A stretch of DNA of 64,000 nt from Iphione sp. A-MEVVRFRX5. Taxonomy: Eukaryota. The notes below the pieces were generated by a model, which did not search any database, had not been told where the DNA came from, and was given only the letters and a program-made list of their open reading frames with translations. This document shows, one piece after another, positions 1 to 14,450 of the stretch. Each line of letters begins with the position of its first letter. The stretch's first letter is position 1. Location of the stretch: NCBI GenBank assembly GCA_976226885.1, contig OZ320318.1, positions 39,928,001-39,992,000 on the forward strand, in the 5' to 3' direction. Position numbers and translations under genes: made by a program.

Positions 1-1349
1 TCATAACCGTTCCAGACGCTACCCGTATTATTTCAGAATAGAATGAATGTTCGTGGGATTTGTGAAAGTATTATATTGCATCTATTTAAGTGAGCACTAT
101 CGCCCTTATGTTGCATTATTGTGCATCCTAATAGCATATTTCCTCAAATAGACATCCCGATTCTGAGTTTGTTACATTTAATTACCTGGATGGATTTGAG
201 TTTGTTGCGACTATATGGACATACACATCGTTCTGTTCTTCAATTATGTTCTAATACTGCCATTTACTAGGGCTACATTTTTTGTATTGACATAATATTT
301 AGCACATTATAACCTTGAGTTAACGTCCAGCGCGATATCTTCTTATCAGTCATATTTGAATAATTCTGTACATAGAATAGAATAGAACATGATTTAAATA
401 CTTCAGTAAAATTCCGTTCTCTCTATTGAAAGAAATCTTTCACTTTATCTTTCATTAGAAGCAACTTAAGCCCAACAATGATTACGATGAAAGCGTAATT
501 GTCGGTTAGATGAAAGAATTCATCACTAGAAATCTAATATCTGCACAAATAAACAATCAAAGAATAAAGCATTAAAATAATAAAGCGAACCGAAAATGTC
601 GAGGAATGTTTCATCCCCGCAAAAAGGGATCCTTATGTAAATCTAAAGGCTCGCGTTCTCACCCAACATACATGTACAAGTAAAAAACATGTCGCCCGTT
701 CCTGTATACGTTGGTGCTCCCTATTATTTCCATGTGTTATTCTCCGTTGCTGCGTTAAGTGTGTTTGTAAATATTGAGGTACAGTGGTAAAAGCTTTGTA
801 TACAATTCAAACAAAACAGACAAAACAGACCTTGTTATTTTCCCTCAACATTATCAATCAAATTAAAGGTCAAGAGTGATACATTATTAGGAGACGGTTT
901 TGTAGTATTTTTTATGTCCCTCTTGTGCATATGAGACCACAAAGTGATTATTTAGCGATGTTGATTGCTTTCAAATGTCCTAGAATGTTTTTAGTAGACA
1001 ACTAACAGGATATGTGCATTAAATATCTTGCTTTGTTTGATTTTCCTAGAGACTTTAGTGGTGCAGGTGACCTTGTTATTTTTAAAACGATTACATGGGA
1101 ATGGTTGACAAAAGAGCAAAATATACAGCTTAATACTGGGAGGTGACGAAGGTGTCCGGAGAATATTATTTTTTTTATCTGGCATCCAGATGGTGCCTAA
1201 CAGACAAGAACGACAGCTGTACACCTGTGACTGTCCCACTACCTCCCTCCTCCATTCCCACTCCAACCCCTCCGTGACATTTCAAAATTCCCTCTCGCAG
1301 ATACACGCATGCACATACACGCCTACGCGCGGACAGTCACGAGTCATAA

Positions 1350-1530
1350 ATGGTTGTTTCTACGTCAACCTACGTACCTGGCCCGATCGGGTTTCCCACC
1401 GAAAAGAAAGATCAGTTGAGGTTATTTGAAATTAATCTCAGCACACACTCAAACATGCAGCCCGTCACTGGTCCTCTCGGTGTTCATAGGATCATGGTAC
1501 CTGAAGATGGCCGTATAAAGTCCAGTGAAG
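1350..1530 (+). CDS. Candidate first coding exon of N-terminal isoform A (MVVSTSTYVPG...RIKSSE)
   Basis: ATG 1350 is directly preceded by an in-frame TAA; 60 open codons + 1 nt; strong donor AAG|GTGAGG at 1531; phase 1 matches the acceptor at 2472. Confidence 0.5.
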
Positions 1531-2471
1531 GTGAGGGACGTGGGTACGTTCGTGAATGTGTTATGTATGCATGTATGTGCAAACATACTGTGTGAGGTGA
1601 AGGGGGGAGGCTATGTCAGTCGTCCGTGCGTCTGTCCCCCTAACCGTTCGGCGGTCCGTATCTCGCCATCTCCGATCCGCACACTGGAGGTCTGTTGATC
1701 GCCGCAAGCGACAGAGAGGAACCGTACGCCCGCCGGCCTGGTCGCCTGGTCGCCTGGTCGCTCTTGAACTGTTTGTTCCGGTTCCACACCGCCACCGCCA
1801 TCCGGTCCAAGTCTTTTCTCCCCCGCTCCTCGCGCTTTCTGTCCACATGGACACACTCTGTGTACGTCTGCCTTGGGTGAATGTGGTGTTTTCTCTGTGA
1901 CGTCATAATGAGGAGGTACCACGTGCCATTGTTCTTCTGGAGGGCCCTCTGGGCCTATGTGTGTCTCACTAGGCGCGGCATTCATACATACATATTGCCT
2001 CCAGGTGGACGACCACGTTCAAGTCTGTCCCTGCCAAAGTGACTTGTCACCTACCTGGCGTCCAGGCAGTACCATCTACTCGTTACACAGGCGGGACTAT
2101 CAGAAGGCGTGTTTATCGTGGATCTATTTCGATACCATCGCTTGTGAGGTGTTCCGCAGTTAATAGCCTGGGCTGGGCATTGGTGTAATATGACAACTGC
2201 GGCTGGTCATATCTAGCCTTTATTTTAGGGTCTATACGTCTGGACGGAAAGAACTATTGTACGACATCGGAAAGGGAATGGATATTTCCCGGGTTGAAAG
2301 TGCTCCTGCCGATTTCAGCACGGACCTCAAGATGACCCGGCGTTAGAAAAAAAATCCGATGTGAACAAATGAGACACAATGCGCATAGAGGACTGAAAAT
2401 CGTTCTCTGAAGGTCATGCCAGTGGTATTGTTGTGGACTAAAAGAAGGAAACCTGTCGGTCGATTCCACAG

Positions 2472-2869
2472 TAGATTACCAAATGGCCACTACAATGGAG
2501 CCTATAGGCAGACCGCGCTCGGCCTCCTTCTCCAAAGTGGCAAAACGACTCTTTCACAAGTCCTTGAATCGTCTGGATGACATCCGCGAGAGCGTCTACG
2601 ACGGTGGGTTCGGGGGCGACGATGGCGTGCTCCTTACTCAATGGCGCAGCTTCCACAAACTGGAGATGGTGGATTTTTCTGACAGCAACAGTGACCAGCC
2701 AGTGCAGGCCTTTGCCAGTGACCAGTCTCCGTCGCAGTCTGCCCCCCAATCGCCGTGCATGGCCGTTAGCGCGGTCTTCCCCATGCCGTACGTCCGCCGC
2801 TCAGTCTCCGAGCACTGCGTCGTCACCGACAACCACGCCATGCACGCCGCTACACTGTTGCCCATGCAG
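2472..2869 (+). CDS. Candidate second exon of isoform A (DYQMATTMEPIGRPRSASFSK...LLPMQ)
   Basis: Acceptor ttccacag| at 2471; open GC3-rich frame; donor CAG|GTAGAT at 2870; ends in phase 0, compatible with 34433. Confidence 0.62.
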
Positions 2870-2991
2870 GTAGATGTACACATCAATGGCGCTTTTATGT
2901 AGGCGTTCTTGAATTTGAAACAGAGTGTAGCATGGAGGGAGGGATGCATATGGACAGACAAATAGCGAGGGTTGGCAAGGGAAGAGACTGC

Positions 2992-4400
2992 TTCAAGAGT
3001 TTAAGAGTTTTATTTCCAATTCTCTTAGGTTAAACAAGGATAACACATTGTGATCTCCCAGTGGAAAAACACAACTGACAAAGACAATTCAACATAATGG
3101 TAAGCGTCAAAGTATTCCTAGCCATTACCACCCCGAGAGGAACTATTTCTTAGTAAGTCCCTCCTTATTGACAATTTTCAGGGAATTCCAAGTTTGGGAA
3201 CCCTGATACAGGAAGCTCCGATGATAGAGGTTACTATTTGTTTTTTTTTCATATGCAACATCCTACCAAGCCTTTGCCTTGTTGTCCTACTGCTTACCAT
3301 AGGGTTACATTCACCAATTTGACCAAACGTTGCATGAGCATTAGCAATTGTTTCTCCCCCACAACCTTAAGGGAGGTTAGACCTGCAGCTACCCTTAGTG
3401 ATTTTGATGTGATTTCGGCTCTAATGGACCCTGTTAGTACCATTTTAATCATCCTGCTCACCTCTCTTTGGAACTCACCAAGCAAACGTACTTTTCAATT
3501 AAGGAGCCATCTTTCTGTGCAATGACGTACCCAATATGGCAGAGGTGAAATCTTCACATGGGAATCACTGTGTGGTTTTGAGCCAGGTACTGTAGATCGT
3601 CCAGGCCTCTCGCCAAATGTCGAAAACATAGTGGCCTTTGTTCTGCCTGGTGGAGTCACAAACAAACTCACACACAGATACCCTGACACAAGTGCCCGCA
3701 CATATGTAAACCAAGTTAACCATTGCTATGTGAAACATGTACACTGCGAAGTTGTGGTAGTAAGTAGGTACCCATACCATTACGACCTTTTTCTTTCCCT
3801 GGTAGAAAAATCAGTTACATCTGTTACCTCTCTGTATACCCGGAGCCAAGTCACGTAAACCACATCCCAGGGTGGATTTCAGCTAGGACCCGACACTATG
3901 AGTACTTAAAACTATATGGGTGGAAGACCATATTTTCTCTGTGCTAAGTAACATCGTTTCGAAACGATAAATGCTCTTTAATGTCAAAGAAACCTTGAGT
4001 TGATCCCTTCAGAGATAGTCTCATCCATAAATACAATGGTATAATTCAACAGAGCAGAGTATAACCAGAAAGAGGTCCCCTTCTCTTTGAGAAATCAATC
4101 CAATCCAGTCAACATACAACCAGTAAAGAACGGCCTTTATCCTAACAGCGCCGATAAAAGCTAGAGATAGTCGGAGAGCCGTATGATTACCCTCTTAGGT
4201 AAATGTGATATTTATTAACGGTTACCTTATGGCTTTGTTTTTAACCAGAGGCATTTTCCCTAAGGATAGATCACACCATTGGTAGGAACTCTATCACTAT
4301 TTCTTCCGTTATTGCTCTCCCACCGATTATCAATATCATTCACAACGAGAGAATCCATCCATATTAAAAGTAATAGTCCCGCAGGAGACCTTTTATTGCC
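2992..4400 (-). mobile_element. Decayed CR1/L2-group LINE: RT fragment, C-terminus and 3' tail
   Basis: Minus strand reads QGFFDIKRAF (RT 'LDxxKAFD'-like) near 3985 and SFLYQGSQTWNSL near 3200; ends in AATAAAACTCTTAAACTCTTGAA (repeat tail). Many stops; left end is clear, right end approximate. Confidence 0.55.
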
Positions 4401-6599
4401 AAGCCATAAACAACTTTGTAAACAAGATAACTAAGGATTAGCTATGGTATGTAACGTGTTGCTGATGTATAACGAAGATCATGTATGAGAATGGATTTGT
4501 TTGGACTGACTAAACATGGCTCTGACATAGAGAAATACCTACACATGCATATATATCAGAGAATTCTTATAGAAGATGAATTGGTAATGGAACATTGATC
4601 AATTTGCTCCGTGAAATAGATGATATATATACACCATGTGAGCACGACTAATTTCTTTTACCTGGCTTAGTATCATCGTGGGCCTATTGAAGAAAACATT
4701 CAAAAGTTATATATAAATGTAGTAATGTTTTTATTTGAAACTGTTTTGTCAATATCGTTTTGAAAGGACAAGGGGGTCAATGCCCATACAGGTACGCACA
4801 TTGATTAGATTTACATATTGGGTACGGTGATAAAGTATAAAGGGATGACCTGTAACGAGTAAGTTTCATTATATTGTATACCCTTTAATTGTAATACAAT
4901 TTGGCACATAAATTAGTTCATCTAATAGACTCTGCTTCCAAATCGATCTATGATGTAGGTTAACAGGTAAAACATTAAGACGCTCTTCAATGTGTACGAC
5001 GTGAATTGATTGCAGCAGATATTAGATCATCTTCGTCTAGATCAATATCTTTCAACATAGATAATGTTTACCACTGTAGTCACCTAACCATTCACGTTAG
5101 ATAACACAATAAATATTTTGATATGGACGTACATCACTGTTGACCCCTAGATGAGTTCCCTCTTGACCATGTAGAGCACTAACTCTTATCTCTTAATGGA
5201 TTAAAGTATACTGTTGGTGTACCAGGCTATGATATTTTTATAAGTCTTGAGAGTAACATTAATTTTATCTTCGTTGGAATGTACCATTAGAATTTCCAGC
5301 GATTTGCCTGGAGAAGATACTGTATTCGCAGAGATACGAGTTTGAATGCCATGAAGTCGTCGATTTCTCATCGCTTCGTTCATTATGGTGTTCACACGAT
5401 CTGCCTTTAGCCTACACCATGCAAACGTTCCTGAAATAACTTCAATGCTCTCAGCTATTACCAGGTCTTTCTATCGCCATTGACATGTTGGTCATTCCAC
5501 TACACTAAGAACAAATGCACACGCAAGACCTTTACACACGTGCACACTCTAATACCTTTCTCTATTCAAAGGGCAGGCTGCATACGTCTGGTAATGAACC
5601 ATCTTAGGGAGGAATAGTAGAAATCGGTTAGAGGGTTCATATATAGCGGTTCCTCGAACTCTCACTTCGGAATTCAGTTTTAGTACGTTTCCGTACGTCT
5701 TCGAATACGATAACCAAATCTATAGATAAACACGCCACCTGAGAGTCGAACATCGGAACAGATTGGTACCTTTTTTATATAAAGCTATAAATGAAACACT
5801 AACAATATTTCAGTTACATTTTCTTCATGTTATTTAACTCTCGAGCCTGGCTTCTCTCCGATACCACCTTCAAACACACTTATTAATGTGATTCCATTGG
5901 CTAGCGAACAGTATTTGCTTCGCCCGTCCAGAAACGCGCGTTGCATACCGTCCGCCTGACTAAACGCCGCCCCATGCAGACATTATGCAAACTGGACGCA
6001 TACTAGGAAACCACGTGGCCCCGCTGTGGACCACGTGATGTGCGTGTCCGACATGAGGAATTGCTCGTTCCTCGGATTCCCTTTGGGGGTTGCACCGATT
6101 GGCGCCGCGGCATTACATGCTGACCAGTTGCGCTTAAGCGGTGTTTCCCAACGGGAGGTAGAGCCAGCCCCCCGGGCCTCCTCTTCCGGGTCTTCCAGGT
6201 CTTCCAGGAGGAGGGCCTCCCAGGGTCTATGCCCCAAACCTTTGCCTCTGTAGGCTTCTTAATGATGGCGGGTTAACCAAGGACGCTTGCCTGCGTCGGA
6301 TAGTTTCGATCTACTTGGCCTTGTCGGAGGTCCAAAAGCATAATTAATCATCGTGTGTTTCATCGTGCCGCTCAAGCTGTATTCAATCATATCCCATTCA
6401 GTCACGTGCCTTGTGACTCGTGGAAATAAATCTCTGACATGCTCCGGTCAATTCATATTTGTCTGCTGACACCAGTTCATGTCTGGCTCCTGTTATTGTA
6501 AGGGGCCACGAAGTCAGGGAATGCTGGGCGAGAAATGCTGTATAAGAAGCCATATGGAAAGAGATTTAGATCCGTTACAAGTAAAGCTATTCTAATTAC

Positions 6600-8700
6600 A
6601 TACGAGCCTAGATGCCAAGTCAAATAAGTCCGACGTTATAAACTAGTGTTCAAGAGTGAACATTCTTGCTGATACGTCAGAAACAGTACATGGACATCTA
6701 CGTCCACATGAGGGCATACATGCATATATCGGCGGCAGGATCAGTCTGACAGGTATAATCATTTGCTTTCCGTCTGGAAAGCAGATACCGGGACAAAGAA
6801 TCTCACTTCCTGAAACCAGACCTTTTCTGCACTCAGTTTTGTGGCAGTTTTACATCTGTTTCTCCAACATCCTGGTATTTGACGATGATGCCAAACTCCA
6901 AGGAATCATGAGGGGTACTTCTAGCTGCGGTTTCATAGCTATACTAGCTGCCAACGCACCTTCATCTATAGGTCATTCTGAGGTCAGACGTTCTCAGCAA
7001 GCGTCGGTAAGATTAGGTGCTAATATATTTCGGAGCACGGGAAAAGTAATTCGAAGGCCATTTCGCCGACGGTATCTATCCTACATGCTGGAATGAGGAT
7101 GAAGTACAGCAGTGGCGTGGTGGTCGGGGTGAGGTACAGGGCAGGGCAGGGCTAGCTAGGTCAACGTCCACGCACGGAATGGGGCAGTAAACATAGTTAA
7201 GTAGCCGCTCTATGACAGCGGCTGCCTGCTTGCTGGGTTTCTTTATCGATATACGCACAGGTGTATCCCCTTTGCGTCTCCTGGTTCCTCGCGCATGTCC
7301 AGGTAACCCAAGGTAGACTGCGACAGAACCGCCGTTAATCTCTATCAAAAGCACATTCGCTGCATGACAAGAAACGACTGCGGCCACCGCCCCATGACTG
7401 GGTCGAGACTTGGGACGTAGTTTCAAAGTCAGTATCGCGTTCATCTGTAATTGGAGTCGTGATATAACGCAAGAGACATACGTTCATCAATTGACGACCG
7501 TCCAATTTCATGTTGTGAAGATCATAATTTTGGACAAAACGCTTTCGTTATCCCTCTCTCCTGTTGCACTAAAGTATACGACTTATAGTATTGAAAATAA
7601 GTGTATTCTACAGTGATATTATCTCCACGTCGTCTAAATACCATGGCTTGCTTTCCATGGTGGCTTATAAAGGCAAATACTCACACTGATAAATTTTTGC
7701 AAAGGAATTTTAAACGGCAACGTGGACAGCTGTCAAGGTTCTGACACATCCAGATCAAAAGAGACTTAAACAGTATCTATGCAAGAAATTGTAAAGAAAA
7801 CTGGTTAATGTTGTGCATGCATATCACACTATGCAACAACATGTCGCATCCATCGCATTGTACAGATCCTTACAGCTCTCCTTTGTTTAATTTTCCTGGG
7901 AGATCTCTCTATTTGATGTAGAGTGAAGTGAAAATAAACGTCTTGTATCTTGTATCTTGTATCTTAATATTCTATCCATCAGGGTTATGAGAGAACATGG
8001 TGTTAAGCGTGGATAAAAATTTGGGTGACCAGGGCCTTTGGAATTCCCGGGACTATCTTGCAACACACACACACACTTTGGTGCAACATTTGGGTCGTTC
8101 TGCGAGGTGTTGAACTTTTGTTACACTCTGGTAGGTAAACAAGGCGTGAGGCATGTAGAGTGCTGGGCAAAGATTGTCCGACGAAGGTAGAGAAAGGGTG
8201 AGGCGTGGATGGGGTGGGGTGCGTCCGGGTGCAAGGGGTTTGGGTAGAAGAAGGCCATGCTGGTCTTGAGTCTTCAGGTATGCCTGGCGTTGACAGGTGT
8301 TAATGATCCGTCTCCGTCAGAGCACGGCATCCTGAATAACTGCGGATTGGGTATCGCAGCCGAACACGGACCATTCACGGGTATCAGGCGTCCATCAGGA
8401 GACACAACAACGCCGTTGATGGCAGACCATCCTGCAAGACCAAAGGGCGCACGCTTGGCTGCTATCTGCAGGGCTTCACACCCTCCACGAGGTGGCGTAG
8501 AACATACCCCTTTGGGGATCAACTGAGGCTACAGGTATAGAGTGGCCGCCGCTAATACTATTTGCAATGACCACTCGAGCTTGATTTACATTCGGAAGCA
8601 GGTCTACCAACTGTTGAGTGGTCATCATGGTTAACTGGTAAGGGTGCACCCACATCTTGCTGGTCGTTTACGGTCAAGTATGTAAGAGAAACGAAAATAC
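6600..8700 (-). mobile_element. Possible decayed 5' part of a CR1-like LINE (PHD-like Cys cluster, endonuclease-like segment)
   Basis: Minus frames give CRMVCHQRRCCVS (about 8350-8430) and GGSVAVY...VYCP (about 7170-7340); weak, by-eye similarity only. Confidence 0.25.
7640..7965 (+). mobile_element. Short LINE 3' end with AATAAA and (TCTTGTA)n tail
   Basis: AATAAACG followed by TCTTGTA x3 + TCTT at 7933-7965; upstream QKRLKQYL resembles the end of L2/CR1 ORF2. Confidence 0.4.
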
Positions 8701-10199
8701 CACGGGAAACCGACAAACGAATTTAGGCTCGTCCTAAGTCCGGTTCAGACAGCTTTTCTTCCGCCCCTTCCTGATAGATTTACATTCAATAAAAGCCAGA
8801 TCTAACCTACACGTAAGATGAAAACACGACATGATATTCATACGGTACTGCAGGTCATGTATGTGCTTGAATGCAGAACATCATCCTGAAGTACTTTCTT
8901 TCGTTTAAGTATGCACCGAAACTACACAGTCTTGGTCCTTTGTCTTTCATCAGGTGAACATTTCCAGCAGCATGCAAGGAATATTGACATCCGATCTAGT
9001 GTGAGAGGTCCAACATGGGTACGAGTACGTACCTGTATCTGTTCAGAAGGCAGACCTTTGCCTACCTGCGATGTCTTCCGGTGCGAGTGGCATCTTTAGC
9101 CTCGCTGGTTATTGCAAGTGTAATCCAAGCGCTATGTTCCTCTCCCGGCCTAAAATGCTTACCGGCGCGGGGGGTCAGCTGGAGAGGATGTGGGAAGAAG
9201 TAACATGGAACGCGTCTTTCTTTGCTGTTTGTTTTCACCGGGGTGGCCAGGTGGTCGTTGACTTTGATACGGAGGGACAACAAGAACACACCGACAAAGT
9301 CCTCCTCCGCCCTTCCGCCAACACATTCTCATTCACGTTGCGCTTCCTGTCATATTTCGCATACCAGTTTTTCACCGTCCACATTATTTTACTTAGCCTG
9401 CTAAGTGAAACGTCGATCCTCATGTAAGATTATTGCATAGATGCTTTCATCGCTTACACCCTGTACGGATGTGAGATTGCTTAATACTGTAATAAAACGT
9501 TGGTGAAAGTCTACATGATATGATGCATTATATGCAGATGTATGTAGTAATTATATACATTTAATGATTTTATTGTCTCACCTCTCTTTTGTACAACAAA
9601 AAGGTCTTCAGATGTCTTCAACATGGTTCAACACCCAACTGTTAACTTTGATGATTTAAACAAAATCAAAATGGTCATATTTTTAAAGACAATATCTGAC
9701 GTCTTTGAATTATCAATAGTTGCTAGTGATGATTTTCTACTGTTATCCTGTTTTGTATTGTCACCCGAGAAAACACACAAGGAATTCGTACGGGAGCTTG
9801 ATTCCCTTCTTTTAAAATATATCTTTGGAGAAAAACTACCACATTGCACACAGTCCTAAGCCCAGATTCCTGTATCAGCTAGCCCTGCAGGTAAGTCCTA
9901 CTTCCACAGGATCCTACTGTGAGGCAATATCATATAAGCATCAAGAAGACCTTTGTGTTTGCGGAGAACATACTAGCTGGGCCTTTAAATCACTCAACTA
10001 CGGCGAGCGGCGAGCCTTTTTATTGGACAGTTATATGCGCGCATACAACAAGCAAACTGCATGTGGTGCAACTCTGGTACGGACAAGATAGACGCTAACG
10101 GAAGGAAGCCAGACACACGTGTGGCTCCTCGACAGCTCGTGCCGAATAGGCCACCTACCAACCCGAAGAACCAGGGCACATAACGCTACCTTAGGCCTG

Positions 10200-12700
10200 A
10201 CGTTTATTACGGACATAAATGTCCTGTAAACAACAGTCTGGTATGAGGGTTCACCGCCAAGGGGCTAAACACAGGCGGGTCCGGACTCTGCCCCTTGACA
10301 TATTATCCCTACTCTTGTCTCCCTGGAAGTTTTGCTTTCGCAGATGAGAAATGCGTCTCGTGGTTCCAGAAGGCATTTCACTTGCGACAAAGAGCGGTGC
10401 ATGGCGAAATTGTACCTTAGCAACTGTTCGTAGACCAATCTTGACCTGATTCGGCTAAAGATCTTGGAAGTACCTCACTTTGTTCCTTTCATAAGGCCGA
10501 GTAGCTTCTTTGTCGGTACTGGCTCCAAAGAGCTTGGGTAGGATATGAAAACTGACTTCAGTCTTGTCTAATTCGTCTCACTTTCATTACTTTGAGAGCT
10601 CCGACCTTTCTCCTGTGTTGAAGGGGACACCAACAAATATATTGCAAACACATGCTATCCATGTCATAGGGTCGTCCTTCGTGTGACATTTGAGTTACTG
10701 GAAAGTTCCCGGTAAGCTCCTACCCATGGAGGATGGGAGTGTTACCAGTCGGCTTACTTGGATTGAACTACACGGATTTTTTTTCCATTCCTGGAAATGA
10801 GGTTGAATAGATCATTGACACCTTTCCCTGACATTCACAATTAATAATTTTACCTGAAAATAAGCCTCTGTCTGAAGCGACCGCTTTGCCCACAAGTTGT
10901 TTGAGTATAATGTCGTGTTTGTAGTGGTCTCGCTTTACTACGTTGCCCCTGAACCTTATTCGTGTTTTGAGTTTTTAATGTTGTTACCCACATTCATACA
11001 GCTTAATCATCTACAGCCTTCCCTGTGGTGCTAACCTGCGTTCTTACCGCAGAACATCCTGGGTTACATGGGGCAATCCCGTACAGGTTTTCATAAATCC
11101 TGGCGCAGCTGTAGTCAACAAAGGAACCAACTTGCCCTTGTGATTAGAACTTTTTTTTAACAATACAAATACATTGAAACCGTATAATTCACTTTGATGA
11201 AGAAAGTATGGGGTAATCTTATGGTACTAAACGAACTCGGAGTTTCGGGTTTGTTAAGGACTCCTCGGGTACGAGGTGATTGTATACGGATTATGTCGGT
11301 CATGTTTTTTTCTGTCGTTCCGGTAGGATCATCGAGGGCACTGAACGGATCACCGCGGTCCAAATTCCAACTGCAGTGGTCTACCTGTCAAGTTTTTAAC
11401 ACAGCAGACTTATCCATCGTGTTTCACTGAAGTACGTCAGACCCGTGAACCCTGCCCTGTCAAATCAGGCTTGCCGAATTTAGTAAACATGACAAAAGAA
11501 CGATTTCAGGCTCGACGGTGACAGAGTGCGGTAGACCTGTCGATATGTTTTCTCTGCCAAATCGAATCTAATGCTTCTCGCGCCATAGTGTTTGGAGACC
11601 GTTTCAGGCTATACTCATCCTGGAAGAGGTGTTGCGTGAAAGAGTCGGCTCAGTCGTGCTGTACAATGATAAAAGCGGTTATAAGGTTGACATTTTAGGA
11701 CGAGACAGATAACGCGGTTGACAAACAGTGATGGCCAATGACGAACTCACTTGCCGATGCTCGTAATGGTACTTAATGTCATCGGGTAGGTCGTGTAAAC
11801 ACTATAGATTTATTTTTAAAGATAAAGGAATGACACACAGAAAGAAATACGTGAAACTGAAGTGTCGTGCCATATTCTTTCTGACACTATTAACACATAA
11901 ACATCTACATCAATATGCATATATAACTAGAATATCTGTTAAACAACTGTTACCACATATAATTTTCTTTAATAGAAATCCTAAGCAATGTTACATTGCC
12001 TCCTTTTGTAGCGGCATTATTAACAAACTAACAGATATCAGCCTTTTACAAGGAAAGCTACCCAGCAGTGAGCTATGCGACTCTCTGGACACTCCGCATC
12101 CACTTTAATCTCGCTGTAACAGTTCTCAGTAATTGGATCATTCGCATAATCTAGTTTATGTCAAGAGGACTTAATACCACGGTCGAAATTGTAACATTAC
12201 AATGCCTCAAAACTTTTGGAGCAAAGTTAATAAACTTCAGACCGAAGCTTGCCTTTTTCTAGGAAGCGTTTCTTTGGTCTATGTTCTATACTTGGCTTCT
12301 CCTGGAAGTATTTAATGTGTCTTTCCAGCTTTTTAGATCCTTTGATTTGAGTTATCGTTCACTTCATGGCAAACTGCACGTTTCTCATGTCCACGTTTAC
12401 TTAGCTTCCAGGACAGTGCAGTTCATGCTGTGCTTCCCCTGTTCCCTATACACCTTTCTATATTCCTCGCCCTCACATCACTCCCGGATTTGCCTGCAGG
12501 CTAACAAGCTTATGTCCTTAGATACATACTCATTAACTTATCCCCGGGTGGCGCCTTCACTCCACACTGGCACGGCTTCTGTCTTCATTGCCGCGAAATT
12601 TCGTCCAACCATGGCTTGCACATTACGTTTGTTGTGAGAGAAGAGCCGTACAGAAGCGCAGTGCAATTGTGTACCACCTTAAGTAAAACGGTGGCATTAT
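10200..12700 (-). mobile_element. Decayed L1/Tx1-like LINE (ORF1 and endonuclease remnants)
   Basis: MTDIIRIQSPRTR (about 11270-11310) resembles the endonuclease 'LxDIWRxxxP' motif; ORF1-like basic text near 12250-12600; heavily interrupted. Confidence 0.3.
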
Positions 12701-13149
12701 TGACCATTTTGATTTTAAATATACGTGACAAGTTGTCGTTGTAGGCCTACCCATTTTCTAACTACGTCTAGGATATGTCGACATGTTGGGTTCCACTATG
12801 ATGTTGATCTTGTCTGCAAAGAAATGCAAATTAGATTAAATGTCATGTCACGAACTCTAAATATCGAAGGCTATGTCCCCGCACATACTCAGCGTGCAGC
12901 GGCGTCGGGAATGCCATTCCATCGTGTAATGCTCAGGTGGAGATGGAACAGCAAGAGCGGTATATACATCAATGTATACTGCACTATGTGTCGAGAAGCA
13001 GCTAAACTGATCTAAGAAATAACACTTGCGATGTATCCTCCTGCAACTACTAGTGTGACAACAGCAACAATAATGAAATTATATTTAGGTGAATTGTTCC
13101 CTTTTTATCTTTAACTTTGGAGAGTTCACACTTTGTGACAAGAGGAAAA

Positions 13150-14450
13150 ACTACATGCACACTATGAACAAACGTTGAATAAAATTTGAAGTCCATCGAT
13201 AGGTGTAGATGTACATTTTATTCACAGAGGATTAATATTACCAAGTAGACGGCACCCATGGAAAATTCATCAACAGCTGGTTTAACTGCACTTTCTTGGC
13301 ATCATTTATTGCTGGCAATAATGTGTAATAAAAGATTGGTGAAGCCTCACCACCTGTACTTCGCTTCAAAGTATAGATAAAACCAAATATGGCAGATTTA
13401 TATTTGTCGGTGCTTCTGTGACATAGCTTTGAGGCGGCAAATTCAGCCCTATAAGAGCATTATATTATAGATACGGAAATGTGAAAATCACATGTGCGTC
13501 CAGCTGTTTGAAAAGTGTTGCCTAGTATACTTGTTACACTCAAGTTCTTAAAGACAGGGTTTTCTCTCAACGCTGCAAATGCCTTCGTGGCCTGGGAGAG
13601 GTGCAATCAGTTCTTGCCTGATCGTAGTAAACGTCGGGGCTGTTGGCTTCATTCATCTTCACAGCTTACACAACAGTACTGGGAGTATTCACTAGCTTTT
13701 CCTCACCCTTGCTGTAGTTTCCCTGCCTGGGCTTCCCAGTTAGAAGGATGAGGGTACACGATAGCTGGCGGCCTGACCTAAGCCTGCAGCAAACCGATCA
13801 GTCTCGCATAACGTAATGACTATAGAAAGAGGCGTGACCACATTTTCCGTGCTTAGTTGATATGTGTTATTATCTAATGTTTGAAATCCGTGCTGTTTGA
13901 TGAACTCTTAACCCAACTTTCCCTACCGTCCAGTATGTTTAGCGAATGAACCCTGAATACTATTCTGTAAAATTTTCTGTTAACTGAAAGGGCCTTGACT
14001 GAGGAAGCCAGATTTGAATGTTAAGATATATTTCAGAGGTCTCCTCGGATTTCTGTCCTTCTTAGAAAAGACATTTATCCCCTCACCCATCAAGTTGAGT
14101 AATCGCTCTCTACTTAGAAATGTAGCACTTCGGGTTCAGTTCCATCAGTTCCATCAACGAGGAAGTTAGTGCACCATTAAGTAGATTATTGCTCTTTCCA
14201 AAGTTATGTATACCACTATCTTGTCACAAATTGGGAGAGTTCTTTTTTCAAATAAAAAAAAGAACATGCTTTCTAAATCATTTCTAATCCCATGTCCCTT
14301 AATGATAGAATTACATATCAATCAAGTCCCTGATTTCTAAAGAAGCATTTTCACTGGGGACGGGGCAGTATCAAGTTCTGAACATCCCCCCAAAAGAAGA
14401 GAGAAATCGGTAAAATGACCAGCATATGTTTTATAAATACCGGTTACTAT
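13150..14450 (-). mobile_element. Decayed Tx1/L1-like LINE, post-RT region
   Basis: Minus frames give LILPRPPVKMLL, LESMFFF and EFAASKLCHRSTDKY, resembling Tx1 'LPxPP', 'LFxFIW' and 'QFKILHR' segments. Confidence 0.4.

Noticed and set aside
1613-2148. Extra exons 1613-1876 and 2005-2148
   Set aside because: Donors are weak (GTGAAT, GTGTTC) and their phase 0 does not fit the neighbouring phase-1 acceptor at 2472.
5983-6253. Gly/Pro/Arg-rich (PGRPGRPGR) collagen-like text on the minus strand
   Set aside because: It arises from a short 9-bp duplication, is bounded by stops, and has no splice context.
9623-9859. 78-aa plus-strand ORF resembling a Tx1 post-RT segment (possible inverted LINE piece)
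   Set aside because: Similarity is too weak, and the geometry does not fit a twin-priming inversion with the adjacent minus-strand fragment.
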